Assembly: GCA_965116925.1 (NCBI GenBank)
Contig: OZ220744.1
Coordinates: 5,248,001-5,312,000, forward strand
DNA: 64,000 nt
Source of the DNA: Candidatus Poribacteria bacterium
GTDB taxonomy: Bacteria > Poribacteria > WGA-4E > PCPOR2b
Reading direction: 5' to 3'
The position numbers were made by a program, and so were the translations under genes. Within the stretch, counting starts at the first letter, position 1; every line of letters begins with the position of its first letter. Below, in pieces: positions 18,833-27,894 of the stretch. The notes beneath the pieces were generated by a model. It worked only from the letters and a program-made list of their open reading frames with translations, did no database searches and was not told where the DNA came from.

Positions 18833-19801
18833 TTAGGTTTTCGGTCGCAATTCTTGAAGTTCCTGCCTTCTAATAGCACTGCTGCTAGCCGCGAAGTACT
18901 CCTGTGCGCTTGGGTCATGGTCTTGATAAAACATAACCGCTGTTGGGAAATCTTGATTCAATAGGTATGCCACATTTATCTGGCGTACATTCAGGTTACA
19001 TTTTGCTCCGAGTGCCGTTGCTCTTTCTCGAATCGCAAAATTTTCATCGGTATACCAGCGGTTTAATCGGCGGTCTTCCGGCACGGAATCTCGGTTAATC
19101 TCTCCTGGAATGAAGAACGATTGATTGAAATCGGAAGCCCATGCTAGGACTGGCAGCTGCTTCTGTGTGACAAGCCTCTTCATCGAGGCATCAAAGGAGG
19201 TATAACCCTCCCACACCGCCGACGTAGGAGTTGCGAGCGATAGCTCCGTCGTATTAACAAAAGAGAACCCAACGAGCCCCTTATTTTCTGCGTGATCCTG
19301 AGCTTCTTGAATCCTCGTAGGCGACCAATTGAATACGCCGTAGGCAGAAATGCGACCTTGCGCCTTCTCTCCCTCCAGCACATCAATGATTTCGGCTGCT
19401 GGAATATTCTCATTATCTCCGCCCAGTACGACAAGATCGAGATAGTCGGTGTCCAGAAGGTTAAAATTCTCTTCAATATCGTCGGAGACCGATTTGGGGG
19501 AAAACCGACTTTCCTCCAGCACCGATGCGACCTCATCATGTCCGTGACAGATTTGAAAAAAGAGGACGAGGTCATCTCTGATGCCAAGACGTTTTATCCA
19601 AGAGGCGACATTCTTGCGGGTCTGTGTCTCGCCTCCTTCGCCATGCAAATAGAAGCAATTCCCGCCCAACTCTACAAAATCATCGAAATCTTTATCATCA
19701 TGTGCTTTGCTCACACAATGCGGTCCAATAATCAGGGGAGAGATAGAGTGGCAACAGCCCTGAATTGAGATTGGTTTCATCGCGTTTCCCATGGCTATCA
19801 A
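18833..19801 (-). CDS. aldo/keto reductase family protein (divergent)
   Basis: LDTDYLDL, GRISAYGVFNWSP, QINVAYLLNQ. Confidence 0.75.
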   Translation of the reverse strand: MIAMGNAMKPISIQGCCHSISPLIIGPHCVSKAHDDKDFDDFVELGGNCFYLHGEGGETQTRKNVASWIKRLGIRDDLVLFFQICHGHDEVASVLEESRFSPKSVSDDIEENFNLLDTDYLDLVVLGGDNENIPAAEIIDVLEGEKAQGRISAYGVFNWSPTRIQEAQDHAENKGLVGFSFVNTTELSLATPTSAVWEGYTSFDASMKRLVTQKQLPVLAWASDFNQSFFIPGEINRDSVPEDRRLNRWYTDENFAIRERATALGAKCNLNVRQINVAYLLNQDFPTAVMFYQDHDPSAQEYFAASSSAIRRQELQELRPKT

Positions 19802-19853
19802 GTTGAACTATCTTATCACATTATCAAAATCCTGTCAAACGTCGTAGAGACCT

Positions 19854-21047
19854 CTATTTGTCTCGCAAATCTCTGACCCCCACAGCCAATCCTGAAAACT
19901 CATTCTTTTCAAGAAGAATCTTGGTGGTCTTGTTGCCTATCTGGACACCGATGTGTTCGCCACCTTCACGTATTTCGCTTATCTGATTTCCCCGAATCGT
20001 AATTGATTGGGTTTCACCCTGAATGTCAATACCGATACCATTTTTGTCCGATCCGCTGTTCGTAATCCGGTTATTTTCTACTATATTCCGGTGAGGACTA
20101 CGCCCTTCGTTCGGTTCATTACGGAAAGTAATTCCGACCTCTCCGCTGCCCTCGATTTGGTTGTTTCGGATGACGTTGTCGGTATCTCGATGCCCGATAG
20201 AGATGCCATACTGACGGTTATTGAGAATCTGATTGTTCTCTGCGATCCCGTGTTTCACGCCCCAGCAGAAGAAAAGCCCCAACCGATTTCCTGCAAGGTA
20301 ATTATCCTGCATGATCGGGCGTTGGGATCCAGAGCCCGGATGCAGCCCCAAATCGGCGTTGCTCAAGCTCCGACAATTCGTCACAGTCACGTCGTGGCAA
20401 ATCTGCCATGAAATGCCGTCGCCGTTATAGTTCCGCGCTTCGACGTTATCTATTTGAATTCGCTCACAGTCCTGCATAAAGATGCAACCGGCATAGTTCC
20501 CATCAAGGTGTCCATTGTTAGATTTATTGCCGTCGAGGACGAGATTGTGGATTTCAACGTCGCAGATATGCTCACCGCTCAGGATCGGAAACAGGGTTGA
20601 GATCTGCGCTTCATGGTCCGCCCAGAAGTTCTTTTCGAGTGATTTATCGAGCCAGAGACGGGTGCCCTCTTTTGCAATAATCGTGCGCTTGATGACATTT
20701 GAGCCACCGTGATGTGGTGTCTTTGCTCTCAAGCAAACCCCGTACCCTACCTCAAAGTCGTCGCTCTCAGTCAGGGTCACATCCGAATCGTACCAATCCG
20801 AATCAATGGCGAGAGGTGTGCTCACGGAAGGGTTTTTGACCAGCACCGTTTCATCGCCGCTCCCTTCGATCCGGATGTTGCTTCGCAGATAGATTGCATT
20901 GTTGAGATGATAGGTGCCGGGCAAGAGTTTCAGTGTTCCCCCGCCGAGTGTGGCGAGGTAATCGATGCCCGCCTGAATGGCACGATCATCGCTGCCGTTA
21001 ATCTGTCCGTCTTGTCTACCTACTGTTATTGATAACGACTTTCCCAT
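19854..21047 (-). CDS. right-handed parallel beta-helix protein (pectate lyase-like)
   Basis: AIQAGID...GGGTLKLLPGTY, repeated N/G-rich PbH1-like turns. Confidence 0.8.
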   Translation of the reverse strand: MGKSLSITVGRQDGQINGSDDRAIQAGIDYLATLGGGTLKLLPGTYHLNNAIYLRSNIRIEGSGDETVLVKNPSVSTPLAIDSDWYDSDVTLTESDDFEVGYGVCLRAKTPHHGGSNVIKRTIIAKEGTRLWLDKSLEKNFWADHEAQISTLFPILSGEHICDVEIHNLVLDGNKSNNGHLDGNYAGCIFMQDCERIQIDNVEARNYNGDGISWQICHDVTVTNCRSLSNADLGLHPGSGSQRPIMQDNYLAGNRLGLFFCWGVKHGIAENNQILNNRQYGISIGHRDTDNVIRNNQIEGSGEVGITFRNEPNEGRSPHRNIVENNRITNSGSDKNGIGIDIQGETQSITIRGNQISEIREGGEHIGVQIGNKTTKILLEKNEFSGLAVGVRDLRDK

Positions 21048-21095
21048 ACAAAACTCCTTTCACCTCCACCGACTCGTACTCATCGCACCTTTTTT

Positions 21096-22070
21096 TTATC
21101 CCAACACAATCCGCTGTTTCTCCTGCATTGATTGTTCGGCGGACAGACTCACCCGTATCGCTTCAAGTGCCGTGGATGCGTCTCTATCTGCTGCGGTTGT
21201 GTCTTGGGTTTGGATCTCCTGTATCCACTGTTCCTGAAGTGAAATGCTTGGGATATCAACCGCCGGAATTTCCTCTATCCCTTCCTCCGTTGAACAGTGC
21301 CATCCGCCACCGCTATCGCTGATTGTACCACCCGTCAGCACATACCGGGTGTGCTGCTCGGAATCCTGAATCTCGACTCCTCCTGCCCAGACCCAGCTTC
21401 CCACCCCGCCATTTCTGAACTCGACGTTGACGGTGTTGACAAATCGGTTATAATTTCCCTGATCCGTTAAGCCTTCGTAGACCGCAGAACCTTCGACAGA
21501 TCTAACACCTCCGAAGAGATCGATGATCGGGTAGATGTGATAGACGAAAAAGTGTGCCGGTGGACCAGAAACGGGCAAATTGAACAAAATCTCTGGGCGT
21601 GTGCCGCGCCCCGGTGTGAGGCGCAGAAAGGTGGTCAACAACAACTCTCCGAGTTCCTGTACTTTCTGCTTAATCGCTCGATGTGAATTCGACACGGTTT
21701 CCGAGTGGTTAATCCGTAGAACCCGTTGGTTACTTTGTGCAACTTCAACGACAGCTTCACCCGCATCAATTGATCGTGCCAACGGATATTCCATAAAGAT
21801 ATGTTTATCACAATGGAGTGCTGCGAGCGCGATTTCAGCGTGGGTGTCGTTATGGGTGCAGATGACGACACCATCCAGATTGTCACGCTCGACGAGCGCG
21901 TGCCAATCTGGGATAAACTCCGCATCATGTTTTTCAGCAAGTGCGTTGCCTGTTTCAGCGTTTCTTGACGCGATTGCTACAACCTCAGCAGTTCCCATTT
22001 CAGAAAATTTGTCTGCATGACGCGTTCCGGTGCCGCCAGATCCAATAATACCAATGCTTATTTTTGACAT
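21096..22070 (-). CDS. Gfo/Idh/MocA oxidoreductase (biliverdin reductase-like EYP variant)
   Basis: IGIIGSGG, KHIFMEYPLA. Confidence 0.85.
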   Translation of the reverse strand: MSKISIGIIGSGGTGTRHADKFSEMGTAEVVAIASRNAETGNALAEKHDAEFIPDWHALVERDNLDGVVICTHNDTHAEIALAALHCDKHIFMEYPLARSIDAGEAVVEVAQSNQRVLRINHSETVSNSHRAIKQKVQELGELLLTTFLRLTPGRGTRPEILFNLPVSGPPAHFFVYHIYPIIDLFGGVRSVEGSAVYEGLTDQGNYNRFVNTVNVEFRNGGVGSWVWAGGVEIQDSEQHTRYVLTGGTISDSGGGWHCSTEEGIEEIPAVDIPSISLQEQWIQEIQTQDTTAADRDASTALEAIRVSLSAEQSMQEKQRIVLG

Positions 22071-22260
22071 ATTCCTGACCTAACATATTGTGTGATGTGT
22101 AACAGGTGCATCTTATCACATTTGTACCCGTTCATGCTACCCAAAATCCGAAACTCTAATCAGGATTCGGTGAAAAATCTAACGCGGGGACACTATGACG
22201 CCAAGACGCAAAGTTTTTTATTTTCTTCGCGCCTTTGCGTTTTCTTTAATTTGATACCAT

Positions 22261-22376
22261 TAGGAGTTACGCCCTTCAGATTGTAGTTGCCCGATTTATC
22301 GGGCGTTGGTGATAGTTGCCGGCGGCGATTCATCGCTGAACTACAAAGCTTTGAGCGTTCAACTGCGTAAGTCCTT
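22261..22376. mobile_element. MITE, AGGA(G/C)TTACGC...GCGTAAGTCCT family
   Basis: Inverted termini plus internal GTAGTTGCCCGATTTATCGGGC; related copies at 23139 and 33555. Confidence 0.65.
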
Positions 22377-22451
22377 ATTTTCTTTGCAACGCTGCGCCTT
22401 CGCACCTTTACGTTTGATTTAACCTAATCCTGAAAATCCTGATTCAGACAG

Positions 22452-22478
22452 TGAACCTTTTTTCCCCCTGCGGTGTCA
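22452..22478 (+). promoter_or_regulatory. putative ECF-type promoter upstream of the sigma gene
   Basis: TGAACC-N16-TGTCA, 19 nt before ATG 22498; fits the general ECF AAC/GTC pattern. Confidence 0.5.
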
Positions 22479-22497
22479 TTTACAGTGAAACCCTTTT

Positions 22498-23112
22498 ATG
22501 ATGGAGCAATCAGACCAAACCCTCATTCGCAAGATCGTGAAGCGCGATGCCACTGCTTTTGAAACACTTTTTGCACGGCACAGTGCGTCTGTCCGTCAAC
22601 ATATCCTTAGCATTGTGCAAGTTGAAAGTGCCGCTGAGGATTTGGTTCAGGAGGTATTTTTGCGTGTCTGGACACGCGCCGAACAGTGGAATGGTCAAGG
22701 CGAGTTCAAGGGTTGGCTTTTCCGCATCGCAACGAATCTTGCCCTCAATCATCTGCGAACCGTGCAGCGACAGCGGCAGGAGCCCCTTGAAACACCGCCG
22801 GACGAATTCGACGACGAGGATGAACGTTCGCCGGATCCGGATTGGCTGGTCGATACCTCGTCGCGTGGTCCCGAAGTGATAGTGGAACAAGCCGAGCGAT
22901 CCCAGCTGCTCTGGCAACTTATTGATGGATTGCCCCAAGAGAAACGAGAAGTGCTCCACCTCATATATCAGAAAGAGATGGCGCTTCGGGAAGTTGCCAT
23001 AGAGCTGGGTATTCCAGAAGGCACCGTGAAGTCGCGTTTACACTACTCCATAAGACATCTCGCCCGTGAATGGAAGGAAATTGCAAGCGGTTGGGAAGAA
23101 GATAAAGAATAA
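22498..23112 (+). CDS. ECF (group 4) RNA polymerase sigma factor
   Basis: Region 2 AEDLVQEVFLRVW / FKGWLFRIATNLALNHLR; region 4 EVAIELGIPEGTVKSRLH. Confidence 0.95.
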   Translation: MMEQSDQTLIRKIVKRDATAFETLFARHSASVRQHILSIVQVESAAEDLVQEVFLRVWTRAEQWNGQGEFKGWLFRIATNLALNHLRTVQRQRQEPLETPPDEFDDEDERSPDPDWLVDTSSRGPEVIVEQAERSQLLWQLIDGLPQEKREVLHLIYQKEMALREVAIELGIPEGTVKSRLHYSIRHLAREWKEIASGWEEDKE

Positions 23113-23138
23113 GCGAGTAGGGACATTCCACACTCTAC

Positions 23139-23260
23139 AGGACTTACGCACTCCAGATTGTAGTTGCCCGATTTATCGGGCGTATCGGGGCAGGGATGCC
23201 CCTCCCACACGTCCTTCAGTCGGGAGGAAGGGCTTTGACCGTTCAGCTGCGTAAGTCTTA
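23139..23260. mobile_element. MITE, AGGACTTACGC family, between sigma and mini-RNAP genes
   Basis: AGGACTTACGCA ... TGCGTAAGTCTT with the same internal palindrome as 22261. Confidence 0.65.
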
Positions 23261-23312
23261 TCTATAATTTACACAAACGGAATATGCAATACGAAGGAAA
23301 TAGGAGGATAGC

Positions 23313-26300
23313 ATGTCACACAACATCACTACATTTTGGCACAAGGAATCCTTTGAGGAATTGATGAAAGAACGGCTGCCAGAGCTTCTTGCTGACCGGG
23401 TGCCGCTCGCCGGTTATCATTTTGATTCAACCGGAGGATACACCTGCCGTGTCAGAATCGTGCTGGCATCAACTGAGGGCTATGTTGAGGTTGAATACAT
23501 GGACATTCCGCAGCCTGATGGAAACGGTATGTTCACTCTCGACGGTGAACCTTATGTTGTCGTGCCGCTCGCTTCAACCGTGGAACTGGAACAAGCGAAA
23601 ATTGAGTGTATGGGTGATCAACTGTACGACTACTTCAAGGCGCGTATCAGGGAAGCACCGCCGGATATAGAATGGGATACGTCGCTTGTCCGCTCATGGC
23701 TTCCGATTGATAGATGGGTGCGTGAATTCTTTAGTGATACATTCACCGCTCAGGAACTGTCCCATACTAACTGGCTCGACAAACATACACATCTACGTCG
23801 GGTACGGATTTCGCAGGGGAATCAGGTGTTTAGCCCCGGACACTTTGGACGGACTTGTCCATTTGAAACGCCAGAGGGACCAAATGTTGGCAAGATTCTG
23901 ACGATTGCGAGGGGTGCGGAGATTCGCGATGGAAAATTGGTCATCATGGATGAAAGTCCTGAAGCAACACTTGGTCTGTCCGCCGCACTGATCCCTTTTC
24001 TCGAACACAATGATCCGCCGCGAATACTCATGGGTGCGAACATGATGCGCCAATGGTTGTCTCCTTCTGCTCCAGAAACCGCACCGATTAGCTGTCCCAA
24101 CGGAGTGTCAAGAGTGGCTGCTTCTCCGGAACCTGCGCTTGTCCAGACAGGGTACGAGCCTGATGCTCCCGACTTTTGGTGTGGGCGTAATCTGTTGACC
24201 GCTTTTATCTCTTGGGGCGGGGATACCTTTGAGGACGGCATCGCGATTAGTGAATCGTGTGCTGCGCGTCTAAATTTTCCTTACGCTATTGAACCGGGCG
24301 ATAAAATTAGTAACCGTCACGGAACGAAAGGGGTCATTTCGCGCATCTTACCTGACGATGAGATGCCCCATCTTGCCGATGGCACACCGGTAGAACTCGT
24401 TTTCAGTTTTGGTGCTTTGCATGGACGGATGAACTTTGGTCAAATCCGAGAAGCCGTCATGGGCCGCATTGCGCGGGCGGAAGGAGAAACCGCTATTGTG
24501 CCGCCATTTCAAGCCCCCAATGCCGATCAACTCCGTGAGCGACTCCAAAAGGTAGGCCTGCCTGAAGATGGGATGGAAACCCTCACGTCTGGACCTAACG
24601 GTAAGAAACTGGATCGACCGAGTACGGTTGGTTGGGTCTATTGGGGAAAGACGGTTCACATCGCGCTGGATAAGCTCAAGGCCTCCGAACCCATCGTTCA
24701 CGAGGCACCTATATACCATCAGGGGCTTGGCGAACTTGAATACTATACACTACGCAACATTTCAGCATTTGAGACATTGCGAGAACATTTCAACACCCGT
24801 GCTTCAACGCGAGTAGATGCGGAGACACTTCCCGATCGCGTTACGGGGGGGACAGTTGAGCAGGCGGGACCACCGACGCCGATGTTTGCCAATCTCAAGG
24901 AGCGACTGTCGGCGGGGGGCATCCACGCTAACTTTGATGGTGACAAACTGACCTTCCAATTTGCGAGTCCAATTGGGAATACACTCCAGCTTGCCCAGCC
25001 GGTTCCCCATCCGTGGCTACATGCTCAAGCTATTGATGAAGTTGGTATATGTGAAGACATTTCTGAGTATCGTGCACTTGCCGATGTCAATGCTAGAGCA
25101 GAGCGAATGTTTGCAAATGATGCGCCGGAAAGCCTAACCCTCCAAACCCTCAAACAACTCCAAACACGTCTTGCAGAATATTTCGACGCACTTCTAAGTC
25201 CCGCAGATATGCGCTTTACGGCACGGACGCTTTTCAGCGGGCGCAGCGTCATCGTACCAGATGCGGAGTTACGTGCTGATCAGGTTGGCATCCCTGAGCA
25301 GATGGCGTGGGCACTTTTCGGGCTGCAGGTTGCAAGAGAGCTTGGTGATACCAAAGAGGTACAGGGAAAAAGCCAGAGGGCGACGCATCTCCTTGATGAA
25401 TTGATGGCGCGTTCATGGGTAATTGTACATCGAGCACCTGCGTTTACGCCTACCTCCTTTGTTGCATTCCATCCAGTGCGGCAGCCAGACCGTGCCATTC
25501 GTGTTCCTCCCTTTGTTTGTGAATTAATGAACGCTGATTTTGATGGCGACCAAGCGGCGATTTTTCTGCCCATCACAGCGGAGGGTCAACGGGAAGCCGG
25601 TGAGCAGCTGTCTATCGCTGGGCATCTCAAACGAGATCCGAATATATGTGCAGCCTTAGCCCCGGGACATGATGCGATATGGGGGTTGGCAAGTTTAAGT
25701 CTCACACCCGAAGGGCGTGATGAACTCTCAGAAATTGTCGGGATGGAGATTGTTATTCCTGAAGGTTTGGTCACGCGGCACTCGTTAGCGGATACGCTGA
25801 AAACACTCCTCAAACGCGAAGGGATTGATCGCACCATTGAAGTCGCTGAACGTCTGATGCAGCGTGGACTCGAAATTGTAAAGGAATCGGGAGCATCTAT
25901 GAGTCCGTTCCTCAGTAGAGGCGATGGTAGTCCGCCCGTTCCTACAGATCCCGATGATGCAGCAGCGTGGAATGCTTACGCGGAAGAACTTATGGAATGG
26001 ATTGCCGCTTACGAAAACTTTGCTGATAACAACTTGGGACCACACATCCTCGCAGTCAAAAGCCGCGCCTTTACAAGCAGACTTTATCGACTCGCGTGTG
26101 TTGTCGGGGCACGAGGGACAGTTTCAGATATTCGAGATTTCGTTTGGACAATCAGGATGGTGGCAAGCCGAGGATTTGCACAAGGGACAGTTTCAGGCAT
26201 TGGAGACGGGGATATCGTGATTCGTAACGGGTATTGCGATGGTTTAACATCTGATGAACTTTATGCGCTCTGTGTCGGATCACGGGAAGGGCTTGTTCGA

Positions 26301-26501
26301 TTCAACTCCGAACTACAACGCGTTGCATGGGAACTACGCGACAGCAGCCAATCAAAAGGATTTACTGTGCTGTCTCGTGCGATGCGAGCCAAGCAGCCCG
26401 GTATCGTTTTCGCACGCGCCGCAGCGTGCGGTGAAGTTGATCCGCTTACAGATATTGACAGCCGGCTTTTCGTCGGGCTGCCCGTCACAACGTCCGAGTG
26501 A
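23313..26501 (+). CDS. miniaturised single-chain RNA polymerase beta-beta' fusion (RpoB/RpoC-derived two-barrel polymerase)
   Basis: In order: GMFTLDG, THLRR, GRTCPFETPEGPNVG, LIPFLEHND...MGANMMRQ, FEDGIAISE, GDKISNRHGTKGVIS, GRMNFGQ, QGLGELE (RpoB), then SGRSVIV, HRAP, NADFDGDQ, GSREGL (RpoC); AGGAGG RBS. Confidence 0.93.
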   Translation: MSHNITTFWHKESFEELMKERLPELLADRVPLAGYHFDSTGGYTCRVRIVLASTEGYVEVEYMDIPQPDGNGMFTLDGEPYVVVPLASTVELEQAKIECMGDQLYDYFKARIREAPPDIEWDTSLVRSWLPIDRWVREFFSDTFTAQELSHTNWLDKHTHLRRVRISQGNQVFSPGHFGRTCPFETPEGPNVGKILTIARGAEIRDGKLVIMDESPEATLGLSAALIPFLEHNDPPRILMGANMMRQWLSPSAPETAPISCPNGVSRVAASPEPALVQTGYEPDAPDFWCGRNLLTAFISWGGDTFEDGIAISESCAARLNFPYAIEPGDKISNRHGTKGVISRILPDDEMPHLADGTPVELVFSFGALHGRMNFGQIREAVMGRIARAEGETAIVPPFQAPNADQLRERLQKVGLPEDGMETLTSGPNGKKLDRPSTVGWVYWGKTVHIALDKLKASEPIVHEAPIYHQGLGELEYYTLRNISAFETLREHFNTRASTRVDAETLPDRVTGGTVEQAGPPTPMFANLKERLSAGGIHANFDGDKLTFQFASPIGNTLQLAQPVPHPWLHAQAIDEVGICEDISEYRALADVNARAERMFANDAPESLTLQTLKQLQTRLAEYFDALLSPADMRFTARTLFSGRSVIVPDAELRADQVGIPEQMAWALFGLQVARELGDTKEVQGKSQRATHLLDELMARSWVIVHRAPAFTPTSFVAFHPVRQPDRAIRVPPFVCELMNADFDGDQAAIFLPITAEGQREAGEQLSIAGHLKRDPNICAALAPGHDAIWGLASLSLTPEGRDELSEIVGMEIVIPEGLVTRHSLADTLKTLLKREGIDRTIEVAERLMQRGLEIVKESGASMSPFLSRGDGSPPVPTDPDDAAAWNAYAEELMEWIAAYENFADNNLGPHILAVKSRAFTSRLYRLACVVGARGTVSDIRDFVWTIRMVASRGFAQGTVSGIGDGDIVIRNGYCDGLTSDELYALCVGSREGLVRFNSELQRVAWELRDSSQSKGFTVLSRAMRAKQPGIVFARAAACGEVDPLTDIDSRLFVGLPVTTSE

Positions 26502-26524
26502 CACGCACGTGAGTTAAAAATCTT

Positions 26525-26639
26525 GGCTCATGTTAAGAATTAGTGCAAAAGCATTGACTTACCTCAAAAACCGTAGGCGGGGCATCTTGCCCCGCCGTCA
26601 ACGCGTTCATCGTAATTGCACTCCGTTTTTACATGAGCC
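26525..26639. mobile_element. MITE with GGCTCATGT...ACATGAGCC termini and 8-bp TSD AAAATCTT (ISL3-like)
   Basis: AAAATCTT at 26517-26524 and 26640-26647. Confidence 0.8.
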
Positions 26640-26656
26640 AAAATCTTATGTGGGGG

Positions 26657-27780
<1,124 letters not shown>

Positions 27781-27894
27781 GTTGTTTTCTCCTTGTGTTC
27801 ACGAATGTTAATGATAATTTTATTAGTGTAAATTATACCACACAAACATAAAGTAGTCAAGTAAAGTTATCAGATCTGATGGTTTATTCTTTCC

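Noticed and set aside
23313..26501. Housekeeping rpoB/rpoC or a decayed rpoBC pseudogene
   Set aside because: Far too short for the housekeeping enzyme and not in ribosomal-protein context. It is also not decayed: no stops or frameshifts, deletions follow domain boundaries, and catalytic residues are kept. No gene symbol assigned.
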